A stretch of 64,000 nucleotides of DNA from Oceanispirochaeta sp. Lineage in GTDB: Bacteria; Spirochaetota; Spirochaetia; DSM-2461. The notes below the pieces were generated by a model. That model was not told where the DNA came from. It did not search any database and saw only the letters and a program-made list of their open reading frames with translations. How positions within the stretch are numbered: position 1 is the stretch's first letter; every line of letters begins with the position of its first letter. Positions 37,632-48,077 of this stretch are shown in pieces. Location: assembly GCA_963663385.2 (NCBI GenBank), contig CAXXXD010000004.1, positions 672,001-736,000 of the forward strand, read 5' to 3'. The translations under genes were made by a program, and so were the position numbers.

Positions 37632-37668
37632 GGTAGTCAATATAAGACGAATACAAAAAAAATGTCAA
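37621..37668 (-). promoter_or_regulatory. Promoter and palindromic operator overlapping the TrmB start codon
   Basis: TTGACA(37663-68)-N18-TATATT; palindrome TTAACTACCATGGTAGTCAA at 37621-37640. Confidence 0.6.
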
Positions 37669-37685
37669 GAATTCTGTAATAATAA

Positions 37686-38387
37686 TTAACCGTATTTTTC
37701 GCTTTTTTCGGCATCAAGAATCAACCCGAGGGCTTTATCCCTGCTTCTGGCTTTAATCAGGTTCCGGATTAATTGATTGTCTGCCGCCATCTGACTGATA
37801 CGGGACAGGATGCGCAGGTGCACCACCTCACTGTCTGTAATTATCAGAAAGAAAAGGTGAGTGGGAAGGTTGTCCAGTGAATCGAAATCGCAGCCCTCCG
37901 GGCAGATCCCCAGGATAACTTCCGGTCCCGGCAGGATATTCTCCTCCGGTCGCCGCAGATGGGGGATGGCTACATGCAGACCAATGGCCGTTGAGCTCAT
38001 TTCTTCCCGGTGCATGAGCTTCTTCAGAAAAAGCAGTCTGTTATCCTGACTGATCTGCAACGGGGCTGTCAGCTGTTGAAGCACTTCCTCTTTGCTGCCG
38101 GGCTTCAGATCGCAGATTATACGTTCTTTTCTGATCAGACGGGAAAGGGGAACCAGGGAGCCTTCCTTCTCCAGAAGGGAGGACAGGTCATTCCTGGGAA
38201 GAACAGTCATTCTGGATATCAGCCAGTCATCAATCATAGGCCTCATGAAACGCCATTGACTGGCAATTTTAGCACAGGGAATTTCTCCTTTCTGGATCAT
38301 CCGCAGAACTGTTTTTTCTGCAACCTTGAGGTATTCCGCCACTTCACTGAGGGTCATAATCTGGTTATTAAAAGTGCTGTCAGGCAT
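37686..38387 (-). CDS. HTH_17 (excisionase-like) + PTS EIIA (PtsN-like) protein
   Basis: MTLSEVAEYLK...GEIP..K...QWRF; RE..STAIG..VAIPH phospho-His; D.LP..LFF. Confidence 0.88.
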   Translation of the reverse strand: MPDSTFNNQIMTLSEVAEYLKVAEKTVLRMIQKGEIPCAKIASQWRFMRPMIDDWLISRMTVLPRNDLSSLLEKEGSLVPLSRLIRKERIICDLKPGSKEEVLQQLTAPLQISQDNRLLFLKKLMHREEMSSTAIGLHVAIPHLRRPEENILPGPEVILGICPEGCDFDSLDNLPTHLFFLIITDSEVVHLRILSRISQMAADNQLIRNLIKARSRDKALGLILDAEKSEKYG

Positions 38388-38496
38388 TTATAGTACACTA
38401 TAGTCTGTATCCGGCTCAGATGCAATCCATATTCTGAAGCTTCTCAACTGGGATAAACGGATTTATTCTGATATGCTGACAGAAGGAGAGCAGAAC

Positions 38497-39267
38497 ATGG
38501 AAGAGTTTATTCAGAAGGTGATCCGGGGGGCAGGTGAACTTGCCATGGAATTCAGGAACCGCCTGGATTCCATAGAAGTTGAGAAGAAAGGATCAGAAAA
38601 AGATCTGGTGACCGAAGCGGATAAAGCTGTGGAGCAGTATATTCGAGATCAGATAACCGGAACCTATCCGGATCATGCCGTAACCGGCGAGGAACAGGGG
38701 GCTACAGGAGATCATGATTACAGATGGATTATCGATCCTATAGACGGTACGGTTGCTTTTCTGCACGGTCAGTATTTTTTCAGTGTTTCCATTGCCCTTA
38801 CCTATCGGGATGAAACCATAGCGGCAGCTGTCTACGCCCCGGCTCTGGATGACCTTTTTTTCGCGGCTAAAGGGAAGGGAGCCTTTCTGAATGGGAAGTC
38901 CATTCATGTCTCTTCCAGGGACCGGCTGGTAAATTCAATCTGTTGTACCGGTTATGACTGCCGGGATGGAATTCTTCAGGCCGGGTCTCTGAAAATTTTC
39001 AACCGTATCATGCCTCATCTGAGGGATATCAGGCGTTACGGATCAGCAGCTCTGGATCTCTGTCTGGTGGCATGCGGTCAACTGGAGGGCTACTGGGAGC
39101 AGAGCCTGATGATTTATGATGTCGCCGCCGGCCTTCTTATTCTGGAAGAAGCGGGAGGAACGGTCAGTGACTACAGGGGCGGTTCTTCCGGGATGCCTGC
39201 TCAGGTTGTCGGAACCAACGGTCTGATCCACCGGGAGCTGGTGGATCTTATTTCATCTGGGGATTAA
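38497..39267 (+). CDS. Inositol monophosphatase family protein
   Basis: [36 protein letters not shown]. Confidence 0.92.
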   Translation: MEEFIQKVIRGAGELAMEFRNRLDSIEVEKKGSEKDLVTEADKAVEQYIRDQITGTYPDHAVTGEEQGATGDHDYRWIIDPIDGTVAFLHGQYFFSVSIALTYRDETIAAAVYAPALDDLFFAAKGKGAFLNGKSIHVSSRDRLVNSICCTGYDCRDGILQAGSLKIFNRIMPHLRDIRRYGSAALDLCLVACGQLEGYWEQSLMIYDVAAGLLILEEAGGTVSDYRGGSSGMPAQVVGTNGLIHRELVDLISSGD

Positions 39268-40667
39268 ATTGAGAACCGGCCTACCAGTTGCCGCAGAGCG
39301 CCAAGAGTTTCCCGGTTCTGTTCGGCATTGGAGTTGATCATCCGGGAGGAGGAGCTGATTTCTCTAATTCCTCCCGATATTTCCCTCATGGAGAGGTCGA
39401 GTTGACTGCTCATATCCTCCAGCCCTTTCATACTCCCGGATATTTCCCTGTTGATAGTGTTGATGTTTTCGGTGCTGGACCGTACGGTTTCGGTAATATT
39501 GCGGATATCCTGAAGGGCTCCGAAAATTTCCTGACTGCCGCTCATCTGCTCGGCAACAGCATCCTTCATTTCAATCATACTCCGGCTCAGATCCTGTACA
39601 GAGTTGTTGACTTCTGTAAATGAGTAACCCGCATTTCCCGCCATCTCCTGAACATCATGGATGTCGTTGATTATCTGGACCAGAGATGAATTGATATTTT
39701 TAGACTGTTCGGACGATGTTTCCGCCAGCTTCCTGATTTCATCTGCCACCACGGCAAACCCTTTTCCCGCTTCTCCCGCATGAGCTGCTTCGATGGCTGC
39801 ATTCATGGCAAGGAGGTTTGTCTGACTGGCTATGCTCTGAATTATGGAATTGGCTTCGGTCAGTTTGCCCGAATCATTTGTTATGGCTGCAATTTTAGAG
39901 TTCACACTATCCTGAAGATTCTTCCCGTTATGGGAGATGGATGTAAGCTGATCAAAGGATTGAACCGTCTTCAGTATACGCGTATCGATTTCGGTAAAGG
40001 TTTTCATCATCTGTTCAATAGACGCAGAACTTTCATGTACCGCGGAAGCCTGTTCATCCACAATGGATTTCAGTGTATTCAGGTGGCTTGTGATTTCGTT
40101 AATCTGGTTTCGGGAAGAACTGACGGCTGAATTCTGGGAGTTCATCTGGCTGGAGTTATTCTGAATATGCTCATCAATCTGCGTTATAGCGGCGGATGTT
40201 TCTTCCAGGTGACTTTTCAGAAGGTCAAAGGAGGAGTTGATTTCATCGGAAGATTCAATAATTTTCCTGACCATGGAATTCATAAAGTTAAGAAAGGCAT
40301 TGAAATTCCCGGCCATCTGACCGAATTCATTGGTTGAACGGTTTTTGAGTCTAACCGTTAAATCCCCTTCGCCGGAAGAGAGGGTTTTAAGAAAGCGGTC
40401 AAAAATCCGTAATTCTCTTATAAAATGAGTATTCATTAAAATGGCATTGATCCCGAAAATAACGAACGTGAGCGGAATGGCCCAGATCAGATGCCGGAAT
40501 CCGTACTTTCCTATAAAATAGGACGCAAGCGCAGTTTCTGCAGCCAGCAGCTGATGGCTGTAGATGAGGACATTCACCAGTGACTTTTTAAAAACAATTT
40601 TTACCGCCGCTGCCGCAACAGCGACAACCGCTATTACAACCCCGACAAAGAGGATATCCTGAATCAT
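39264..40667 (-). CDS. Methyl-accepting chemotaxis protein (intramembrane N-terminus, HAMP, MA)
   Basis: GEGDLT.RL...[46 protein letters not shown]. Confidence 0.93.
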   Translation of the reverse strand: MIQDILFVGVVIAVVAVAAAAVKIVFKKSLVNVLIYSHQLLAAETALASYFIGKYGFRHLIWAIPLTFVIFGINAILMNTHFIRELRIFDRFLKTLSSGEGDLTVRLKNRSTNEFGQMAGNFNAFLNFMNSMVRKIIESSDEINSSFDLLKSHLEETSAAITQIDEHIQNNSSQMNSQNSAVSSSRNQINEITSHLNTLKSIVDEQASAVHESSASIEQMMKTFTEIDTRILKTVQSFDQLTSISHNGKNLQDSVNSKIAAITNDSGKLTEANSIIQSIASQTNLLAMNAAIEAAHAGEAGKGFAVVADEIRKLAETSSEQSKNINSSLVQIINDIHDVQEMAGNAGYSFTEVNNSVQDLSRSMIEMKDAVAEQMSGSQEIFGALQDIRNITETVRSSTENINTINREISGSMKGLEDMSSQLDLSMREISGGIREISSSSRMINSNAEQNRETLGALRQLVGRFSI

Positions 40668-40792
40668 TTTCCTACTCTCCGTTTTTTGTGATGATGATTA
40701 AATATAATTGGTCCGGGGAGATAGGACAATAACAAAAAAATATTTTGTATTCATTTTTTTATGTGGTATTTGAATTGTTTATACCACTTATC

Positions 40793-41536
40793 TCAGGAAA
40801 TCAGAATCTCCACACCTGCCTGTTTAATTATATCCCTGTACTCATTGGAGATGCCGTCATCTGTAATCAGGTACTCGATATCTTCGATTCCGCAGTACCG
40901 GGAAAGGGCAATCTTGCCGAATTTACTGGAATCTGTCAGAACAAAAGTCTGGGGGCTGCGTGCAATAATTTCACTGTTGATCTCGGCGCGCATCATGTCC
41001 CGGCCGGTAAATCCGGTTTCAGGAGTAAAGCCGTCTATTCCGACAAAGGCTTTGGAAAAATTGAGTGCATTCAGGCAGAGTTTTACCATATTGCCCACCA
41101 TGCATTCGCTTTCCGGCTGATAGATGCCTCCCAGGAGAATCACTTTGCCCAAGGCATCCTTCCCGATCTGCCTGGCAATAAAGGCGTTGGATGTAATGAT
41201 CGTTGTTTTTGGAATCCGGGAAACCTCTTTGGCAAAAAGGGCATTGATTGACCCCGATTCAATATAAATCGTTTCACCTTCGTCCACGTACTCTGCCGCC
41301 AGTCTGGCTATTTTCAGCTTGCTTTCGTAATTGATTCCCATCCGATGGGAAATATCGTCTGTTTCATCCAGAACGGCTCCGCCATGAACCCGGCGGAGGA
41401 AGCCGTTATTCTCCAGCAGGGTAAGATCCTGCCTTACTGTGGCCTGGGACACTCCCAGCTGATCTGCCAGAGCATTGACTGTAACTTTTCGCCCGTCCGA
41501 CATTATACTCAATATCTGTTTGTGCCTCTCGTTCAT
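40793..41536 (-). CDS. yciT: DeoR family transcriptional regulator, YciT-like
   Basis: VS..TVRQDL..LE...LRR.HG; LGG.YQ..SE.MVG; FSKAF.GIDG..PETGFTGRDMMR, which I recall as characteristic of E. coli YciT. Confidence 0.8.
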   Translation of the reverse strand: MNERHKQILSIMSDGRKVTVNALADQLGVSQATVRQDLTLLENNGFLRRVHGGAVLDETDDISHRMGINYESKLKIARLAAEYVDEGETIYIESGSINALFAKEVSRIPKTTIITSNAFIARQIGKDALGKVILLGGIYQPESECMVGNMVKLCLNALNFSKAFVGIDGFTPETGFTGRDMMRAEINSEIIARSPQTFVLTDSSKFGKIALSRYCGIEDIEYLITDDGISNEYRDIIKQAGVEILIS

Positions 41537-41575
41537 AATCCTGCCATTCCAATTGTTTTTATAATTACTGCCATC

Positions 41576-42028
41576 CTATACGATTCCCTTCAGAATCTCT
41601 ACTGCAAAATCATGATCTTCATAGTCTTTTAACCCCGAAATAGTAAGAACCGCCACCAGACCGGAACCTTTTATCTGTATGGGGAACGCTCCGCCTTTCA
41701 GGCGGTATCTGTCAGGATTGAGGAAATTATTCTGTCTGATATCTTTTTTATTCTGCTTGAAATAATCAGCCATATAGAGAGAACTGTGCAGAAAGTGATA
41801 GCAGACGCGTTTCTTCCCTTCAATCCAGAGAGCATTATCCGGACCGGTTCCGGGAAGGGCCGCATGAAACAGGCATTGCCCGTATCTGTCAATATCAATC
41901 ACAACCGGGAGATTCCTTTCAAGGGCTATCCCGGCAGCCAGCCGGCCCATTTCCCAGGCGGTTGTATTTGAAAATGTTGCAAGCTGAAGATTTTCTTCCT
42001 CATTCAGCAGTTCGTCCAGATTTTTCAC
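41576..42028 (-). CDS. Heme-degrading-domain (UPF0303/GlcG-like) protein
   Basis: F....AW.MG, PGT.PDN..W...K, GGAFPI, TISGL..EDH; GTG start. Confidence 0.8.
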   Translation of the reverse strand: MKNLDELLNEEENLQLATFSNTTAWEMGRLAAGIALERNLPVVIDIDRYGQCLFHAALPGTGPDNALWIEGKKRVCYHFLHSSLYMADYFKQNKKDIRQNNFLNPDRYRLKGGAFPIQIKGSGLVAVLTISGLKDYEDHDFAVEILKGIV

Positions 42029-42050
42029 AATAAAAACCCCGGAAATATAT

Positions 42051-42084
42051 TTTCGAATGAAATCTTTAAAACAGTCATATGAAA
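42051..42084. promoter_or_regulatory. Operator pair (TTTCATATGAAA-like), 22-bp spacing
   Basis: TTTCGAATGAAA at 42051; AGTCATATGAAA at 42073. Confidence 0.6.
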
Positions 42085-42210
42085 ATAGTATGCTGGTGTT
42101 TTTCCGGTTTGTCAATGAATTCTGTTTGCTGTTTGAACTGTACCAACAGCATGGGATTATATAGAATGGAAATCCATAGAGATAATCCGGAGAGGAAAAA
42201 GGGGCTTTTT

Positions 42211-43332
42211 ATGAATAAAATCGGAATAGCTATGGCAGGATTCGGGGCAATCGGACGGATACATCTATTGGCATACAGGGATATTCCCCATTTCTACCCG
42301 GGACAACTGCCCGGGATTCGTCTGTCAGGAGTGCTTCGTTCAACTAAAGAAGCATCAGACGCTACAGCCCGGGAGGCGGGATTTGAGAAGGGGTATGCTG
42401 ATTATCAGGAAATCCTGGATGATCCCGCTGTGGATGTGATTGATCTTGCCACACCTAATTATCTTCATAAGGAGCAGATTCTGCAGGCTTTGAGAGCCGG
42501 AAAGCATGTTCTTTGCGAAAAACCCCTTGCTCTCAACGGCGGTGAGTCGGTGGAAATACTGAAGGAGCTGGACCGATCGGACTGTCAGGTAGGGATGATA
42601 TACAATTACCGGTTTGTTCCTGCCATAATAAAAGCAAAGGAGCTGATCGGCCAGGGCCGTCTGGGAGAGATTTACACTTTCAGGGGGGAGTATTTTCATA
42701 CGGGCTATCAGAATCCTGCAAGACCCTTCAGCTGGCGGATGGATTTCAGCCGTTCCGGGGGAGGAGCTCTCGCCGATCTCGGAGTTCATGTGATAGATCT
42801 TCTGAATTATCTTCTGGGAGATTTTTCAACGGTCAGGGCGGAATTGGAAACGTATATCACGGAGAGACCTGCAGCAGGTGATTCAGGAAGAATGGATGCC
42901 GTTACAGTGGATGATGCCGCCTGGCTGCAATGTATGCTGAATGACGGAGGGAAGGGAACAATAGAAGTTTCCCGCTTTGCAACGGGAACTCTTGATGAGT
43001 TGAATCTGGCTGTCTACGGAAGCAGGGGCGCATTCCGGTTTAATCTGATGGATCCGGGTTACCTTTACTGGTTTGACGAAGAGAAGAAGGAGATGGGGTG
43101 GAACCGCCTTGAAACCCTGCAGCATTACGATGGAGCCGTTATTCCCAATCCCCGATCTGTTGTAGGATGGACGCGTTTTCATTTGGAGAATCAGTACCGT
43201 TTTCTGAAATCTCTTCGGGATAATACTGTTTTCCATCCCGGAGCCATAGACGGAGCACGGGCTCAATTTGTACTGGATGCTGCTTATAGAAGCGGGCAGA
43301 CAGGGCAAATCGAACCGGTCCGGCAGATCTAG
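42211..43332 (+). CDS. Gfo/Idh/MocA family oxidoreductase
   Basis: GFGAIG, AGKHVLCEKP, YRF.P, GGGALADLGVH.ID. Confidence 0.92.
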   Translation: MNKIGIAMAGFGAIGRIHLLAYRDIPHFYPGQLPGIRLSGVLRSTKEASDATAREAGFEKGYADYQEILDDPAVDVIDLATPNYLHKEQILQALRAGKHVLCEKPLALNGGESVEILKELDRSDCQVGMIYNYRFVPAIIKAKELIGQGRLGEIYTFRGEYFHTGYQNPARPFSWRMDFSRSGGGALADLGVHVIDLLNYLLGDFSTVRAELETYITERPAAGDSGRMDAVTVDDAAWLQCMLNDGGKGTIEVSRFATGTLDELNLAVYGSRGAFRFNLMDPGYLYWFDEEKKEMGWNRLETLQHYDGAVIPNPRSVVGWTRFHLENQYRFLKSLRDNTVFHPGAIDGARAQFVLDAAYRSGQTGQIEPVRQI

Positions 43333-43628
43333 TCAGTAAGATAATCGAAAACCAGAACATCCTTTAACAGCGGTCCGGCAAATTCGCTGAACACCACATG
43401 ATGAGGGTGTGTCAGGTAGCTGTCCCGTTCCTTCTCACCGGCGAAACTCACCACATAGGCATCTGTAAATCCATGGTGTCTGTTTTCCACGCTTACATCT
43501 TTTCCCGATTCAAATGAAAGAATTTCTGGAATCAGAGACGGTAATGTACTAAATTTTTCATGAAGGGCGGTTAACTGTTCATCACTGGCCTCCTTTTTAT
43601 ATGAAAATAGAACTATATGTTTAACCAT
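43329..43628 (-). CDS. Dabb (stress-responsive alpha/beta barrel) family protein
   Basis: MVKHIVLF...IP.I..FE.G...Y..HP.H...LVFDY. Confidence 0.88.
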   Translation of the reverse strand: MVKHIVLFSYKKEASDEQLTALHEKFSTLPSLIPEILSFESGKDVSVENRHHGFTDAYVVSFAGEKERDSYLTHPHHVVFSEFAGPLLKDVLVFDYLTD

Positions 43629-43702
43629 TTAAAACTCCTTTTGACTGACATGGGTTGGTATTCTAATGCAAACGCATATGTTTGTATATTGCAGATATAA
43701 GT

Positions 43703-43735
43703 CTTCATATGAAAAAAATATCTTTACATATGAAA
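43703..43735. promoter_or_regulatory. Operator pair, 21-bp spacing
   Basis: CTTCATATGAAA at 43703; TTACATATGAAA at 43724. Confidence 0.65.
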
Positions 43736-43805
43736 ACGCGGGTGTTAGAATTATTATAAATTATGATCATTTATCCACAGATGATGTGAGATAAAGGGAG
43801 GAAAA

Positions 43806-45092
43806 ATGAAGAAAGTATCAATCAGTCTGATCGCACTGTTGCTGATGTCAGCTATGGCACTGTTTGCGGGGGGGCAGAAAGAGCAGGGAGCCGCTGAGGA
43901 AGCTGTTGATGGAAACAATGTGGAAGTTCTGCACTGGTGGACATCCGGTGGTGAGGCGGCTGCGCTGAATGTACTGAAAGAGGATCTTGAAAAGAAGGGT
44001 ATTACCTGGACCGATTCCCCTGTGGCAGGGGGAGGCGGAGATCAGGCTATGACTGTTCTTCGTTCCAGAGCAACAGCCGGGAACCCCCCTGTAGCTGTAC
44101 AGATGCTCGGTTTTGATATTATTGACTGGGCTGAACTTGGATTCCTGGCCAATCTGAACGATGTCGCCCGTGATGAAAACTGGGATTCGGTTGTTCCCGA
44201 AGCACTGAAGTTTTTCTCAAAACAGGACGGTGTATGGGTTGCGGCTCCTGTAAATGTTCACTCAACCAACTGGGTCTGGGCCAATAAAGAGATTATGGAC
44301 GGCCTCGGAATTGCCGAACCCAAAACATGGGACGAATTTATCGCGGCCATGGAAAAAGTCAAGGCTTCCGGTAAAATCGCTCTGGCACACGGCGGACAGG
44401 CATGGCAGGATGCAACCATGTTTGACAGCTGTGTAATTGCGGCAGGCGGACCTGAATTCTACAAGAAAACCATGATCGATCTGGATGATGCAGCTCTTCG
44501 GTCTGCAACAATGGCTGATGCGTTTAACAAAATGGCCCAGCTGAGAAGCTTTGTGGATGACAACTTTTCCGGCAGAGACTGGAACCTGGCTTCTGCCATG
44601 GTTATTGAAGGACAGGCCTGTTTCCAGATGATGGGTGACTGGGCCAAGGGTGAGTTTAAAAACGCCGGTCTGGAACCTGGAAAGGATTTTTACTTTTTCA
44701 GAACCCCCGGAACAGAAGGAACCGTCACCTTCAATTCCGATCAGTTTGTTATGTTTGATGTAGATGATGTCTATAAGGATGCCCAGAAAGAACTGGCCAA
44801 AGCCATTATGACTCCCAGTTTCCAGATTGCCTTCAACCTGGTTAAGGGATCTGTTCCTGCCAGAACCGATATCTCCGATGCCGAGTTTGATGCAGCCGGT
44901 AAAAAAGGTATGAAAGATCTGGCGGAAGCTGCCCAAAACGGTACCCTTTTCGGTTCCATGGGTCATGGACATGCTGTTCCTGCCGGAATCAAACAGGCCA
45001 TGTATGATGTTGTGACTTCTCACTTCAATGGTGTTTATGACGGTCAACAGGCTGCCAATGATCTGGCTGATGCTGTTGCAGCTGCCAAATAA
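43806..45092 (+). CDS. Sugar ABC (CUT1) substrate-binding protein, glucose/mannose GtsA-like
   Basis: [54 protein letters not shown]. Confidence 0.9.
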   Translation: MKKVSISLIALLLMSAMALFAGGQKEQGAAEEAVDGNNVEVLHWWTSGGEAAALNVLKEDLEKKGITWTDSPVAGGGGDQAMTVLRSRATAGNPPVAVQMLGFDIIDWAELGFLANLNDVARDENWDSVVPEALKFFSKQDGVWVAAPVNVHSTNWVWANKEIMDGLGIAEPKTWDEFIAAMEKVKASGKIALAHGGQAWQDATMFDSCVIAAGGPEFYKKTMIDLDDAALRSATMADAFNKMAQLRSFVDDNFSGRDWNLASAMVIEGQACFQMMGDWAKGEFKNAGLEPGKDFYFFRTPGTEGTVTFNSDQFVMFDVDDVYKDAQKELAKAIMTPSFQIAFNLVKGSVPARTDISDAEFDAAGKKGMKDLAEAAQNGTLFGSMGHGHAVPAGIKQAMYDVVTSHFNGVYDGQQAANDLADAVAAAK

Positions 45093-45113
45093 GAAATAAG
45101 TCGAATTACAATC

Positions 45114-45143
45114 AAGCTGCCCGTATAATAATGCGGGCAGCTT
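45114..45143 (+). terminator. Intercistronic hairpin/terminator after the SBP gene
   Basis: AAGCTGCCCGTA-TAATAA-TGCGGGCAGCTT. Confidence 0.6.
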
Positions 45144-45174
45144 TAACTGACTGTTTTCCAAAGGATTAAAATCT

Positions 45175-46059
45175 ATGACTCTAAACAGCAAATGGCGTTT
45201 TACCAAGGATGATCTTACAGCCAGGTTCGTACTTCTGCCGACCCTCATTCTGACATTCGTTTTTGTTTACGCCTTTATTATCTTTACCATTTATATTTCA
45301 TTTACCAATTCCAGATTAATGCCCTCCTATGAATGGGTGGGGATACAGAACTATGTAAAAATGTTTAAGCTTGCACACTGGCATACAGCATTGAAGAACT
45401 TTGCCATCTTCAGTGTTCTCTATATATCCATTTCAACTTTACTTGGTCTGTTTCTGGCGATTCTTGTAGACTGGAGCAAGCTGGGAGAAAGAGTCTTCCG
45501 GCCTATCTATCTCTATCCTATGGCAATCTCCTTTATTGTTACCGGTACAGCCTGGAAATGGTTTCTCGACCCCGGTATCGGACTGGAACAGATTATGCAT
45601 GCCTGGGGATTCGCCAATTTTAAATTCAACTGGATAAAGGATTCGAATTTTGCCATTTATACCATAGTCATTGCCGCAGTCTGGCAGGTAACCGGATATG
45701 TTATGACCATGTTTCTGGCGGGGCTTCGTGCAGTCAATCATGCGACTATCGAATCGGCCGTTGTAGACGGGGCAGGGGCATGGAAACTATATACCAGAAT
45801 CATTATCCCCCAGCTGGGACCGTCATTTACATCTGTTTTTGTTATATTGGGACATATGGCGATCAAGTCGTACGACCTGGTTATTGCACTGACAAACGGC
45901 GGCCCGGGACGGGCAACCGAACTGCCTTCCACCTTTATGTACTCCTACACTTTTACCAGGAATCAGATGGGAGTCGGAGCCAGTTCCGCTGTATTTATGC
46001 TGGTATTATTTGCCATCATCATCATCCCCTATATCAAAAGTATTGTGAAGGATCGTTAA
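45175..46059 (+). CDS. CUT1 sugar ABC permease (GtsB-like)
   Basis: IYLYPMA.SF.VTG.AWKW, EAA loop ESA.VDGA, IKSYDLV.ALT.GGPG. Confidence 0.9.
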   Translation: MTLNSKWRFTKDDLTARFVLLPTLILTFVFVYAFIIFTIYISFTNSRLMPSYEWVGIQNYVKMFKLAHWHTALKNFAIFSVLYISISTLLGLFLAILVDWSKLGERVFRPIYLYPMAISFIVTGTAWKWFLDPGIGLEQIMHAWGFANFKFNWIKDSNFAIYTIVIAAVWQVTGYVMTMFLAGLRAVNHATIESAVVDGAGAWKLYTRIIIPQLGPSFTSVFVILGHMAIKSYDLVIALTNGGPGRATELPSTFMYSYTFTRNQMGVGASSAVFMLVLFAIIIIPYIKSIVKDR

Positions 46060-46062
46060 GGT

Positions 46063-46935
46063 ATGACTATAAAAGATACAATGCGTATGCATAAAGCGGC
46101 GGGGTATGTCATCTACTTTTTAATGATAATCTTTGCCATATTTTTTCTGACGCCCCTGTATGTCATGGTCGTCAATTCATTTAAACCTCTTGAAGAGATC
46201 CGGGGAGGGAACATGCTGGCTCTTCCCCAGGCTTTTCAGCTCATCCCCTGGGGAACGGCCTGGTCCAAGGCTCAGATAGGTGTACAGGCTACCGGTCTCA
46301 GGCCCTATTTTCTGAATTCCATCAAAATGGTAATCCCTGCGGTATTCATGTCTACGCTGATGGGGTCTCTGGGCGGATTTGTTTTGTCCAAGTGGCAGTA
46401 TCCGGGGGATAAGCTCCTCTTCGGTCTGATCCTTTTCGGCTGCTTTATCCCTTTCCAGATTGTGCTTATTCCCACCGCCCGCGTGCTGGGCAGTATGCAC
46501 CTTGCCGGCACAACCAGCGGCCTGGTTCTGGTTCATACGGTCTACGGGCTGGGGTTTACCACCCTGTTTTTCAAGAATACCTACGACAGTTTCCCGGCGG
46601 AACTGGTTCAGTCCGCCCAGGTGGACGGGGCCCATTTCTTCAAGATTTTCAGGGATATTATCCTTCCCAATTCCACTCCGATTATCGTTGTATCCGTTAT
46701 CTGGCAGACAACCAATATCTGGAATGACTTTCTGTTCGGAGTATCCTTCGGGGATGCCACATCCCAGCCCATGACGGTTGCCCTGAACAATCTGGTCAGT
46801 TCTTCCACGGGTGTGAAAGAGTACAATGTCCATTTTGCGGGCGCTCTTATGGCAGCCCTGCCTACTCTTACCATCTATATGGTATCGGGGCGTTACTTTG
46901 TCCGCGGGCTGATGTCCGGATCAGTTAAGGGGTAG
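46063..46935 (+). CDS. CUT1 sugar ABC permease (GtsC-like)
   Basis: GCFIPFQ, P.EL...A.VDGA, IWQ.T.IWNDFLFG, YFVRGL..GSVKG. Confidence 0.9.
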   Translation: MTIKDTMRMHKAAGYVIYFLMIIFAIFFLTPLYVMVVNSFKPLEEIRGGNMLALPQAFQLIPWGTAWSKAQIGVQATGLRPYFLNSIKMVIPAVFMSTLMGSLGGFVLSKWQYPGDKLLFGLILFGCFIPFQIVLIPTARVLGSMHLAGTTSGLVLVHTVYGLGFTTLFFKNTYDSFPAELVQSAQVDGAHFFKIFRDIILPNSTPIIVVSVIWQTTNIWNDFLFGVSFGDATSQPMTVALNNLVSSSTGVKEYNVHFAGALMAALPTLTIYMVSGRYFVRGLMSGSVKG

Positions 46936-46939
46936 TGAA

Positions 46940-46978
46940 CCCTCTCCCCCGGCCCCTCTCCCAGAGGGTGAGGGGAGA
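46940..46978. repeat. REP-like palindromic element (CCCTCTCCC type)
   Basis: CCCTCTCCCCCGGCCCCTCTCCCAGAGGGTGAGGGGAGA directly after the stop codon; single copy in the window. Confidence 0.4.
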
Positions 46979-47041
46979 CATGATTTGTAACTGAAATTAT
47001 TACGAACTTTTTGCTATTTGATAAATAGGAGTATGGATTTA

Positions 47042-48007
47042 ATGTCAGAAAAATTAATATGCGGTGTGGATCTGGGCGGCACCAAACTGTCGGCGGCTCT
47101 GTTTAAACAGGACGGCTCTCTTGTGGGAAAAGAGACTGTCTACGATCATAGCGATAAAGAGTGGGATGATATCGTCCGGATAATCGCCGGTCTGTTAACC
47201 CGCCTGTTTGAGTCCTGCTCGGTGAAAAAGAGGAACGTTCTGGGAATCGGTGTTGCCCTGGCCGGGCATATCCATTTTAAAAAGGGAATGATTGTCACGG
47301 TCAGCAATTTTGCCCATAACATTTACAATTACCCCTTTGTGGATAAACTGTCTGCCCTGTTTCCCGGAGTCAGGATTATCCTGGATAATGATGCCAATGC
47401 CCAGGCTTACGGAGAGTACAAGTTCGGGGCGGGAAGGGGCTATCAGGACCTGGTTTTTGTAACGGTCAGCACCGGAATAGGCGGCGGGATTGTTCTGAAC
47501 GGAAAGATGCTCCGTGGAAAGGTGGGAACCGCCGGAGAAGTCGGGCATTCCATTATCGATATCGATTCGGATGTCAAGTGTACCTGCGGGAATTACGGCT
47601 GCGCCATGGCACTGGCTTCAGGGCTGTTTTTTCCGGACCTCTACCGGATGCACCTGAAAAAAGGGATGAAAAGCACCATCGGTATAACAGAGGAGTCCGC
47701 AGGTGAAATGGACGGGAAAGCGATAGAAGACGGAATGAATGCCGGCGATCCCATCTGCCAGGCCATTGTGGACAATTCGGCTGATGTGGTTGGTTCGACT
47801 CTTTACAATATCTATAAAATGCTGGATCCCGAACTGGTTATCCTGGGGGGCGGCCTGATGTCCTTCGGAGACTACTATATAAACCGGATAAAAGAACGCT
47901 TTATGTCCCATACCCATGAGATGATGGCCGAGGAGATGGAAATCAAACTGGCCGAAACCGGACGGGATGCTGGGCTTCTGGGAGGCGCTGCTCTGGTTCT
48001 GGAGTGA
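47042..48007 (+). CDS. ROK family sugar kinase 1
   Basis: GVDLGGTK, DNDANA, STGIGGG, GEVGH, CTCGNYGC (Zn site), LGGG; no HTH. Confidence 0.9.
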   Translation: MSEKLICGVDLGGTKLSAALFKQDGSLVGKETVYDHSDKEWDDIVRIIAGLLTRLFESCSVKKRNVLGIGVALAGHIHFKKGMIVTVSNFAHNIYNYPFVDKLSALFPGVRIILDNDANAQAYGEYKFGAGRGYQDLVFVTVSTGIGGGIVLNGKMLRGKVGTAGEVGHSIIDIDSDVKCTCGNYGCAMALASGLFFPDLYRMHLKKGMKSTIGITEESAGEMDGKAIEDGMNAGDPICQAIVDNSADVVGSTLYNIYKMLDPELVILGGGLMSFGDYYINRIKERFMSHTHEMMAEEMEIKLAETGRDAGLLGGAALVLE

Positions 48008-48044
48008 TCCCTTTTCAAATAAATCATTACAGATTTACATTCTG

Positions 48045-48077
48045 ACCGCTGCTTCTGTGAAAGCGGCGGTTTTTTTT
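48045..48077 (+). terminator. Rho-independent terminator
   Basis: ACCGCTGCTT-CTGTGA-AAGCGGCGGT-T7. Confidence 0.75.

Noticed and set aside
37686..38387. Excisionase-like HTH as a sign of a prophage or ICE
   Set aside because: It is fused to PTS EIIA, a known regulator architecture, and there are no integrase or phage genes.
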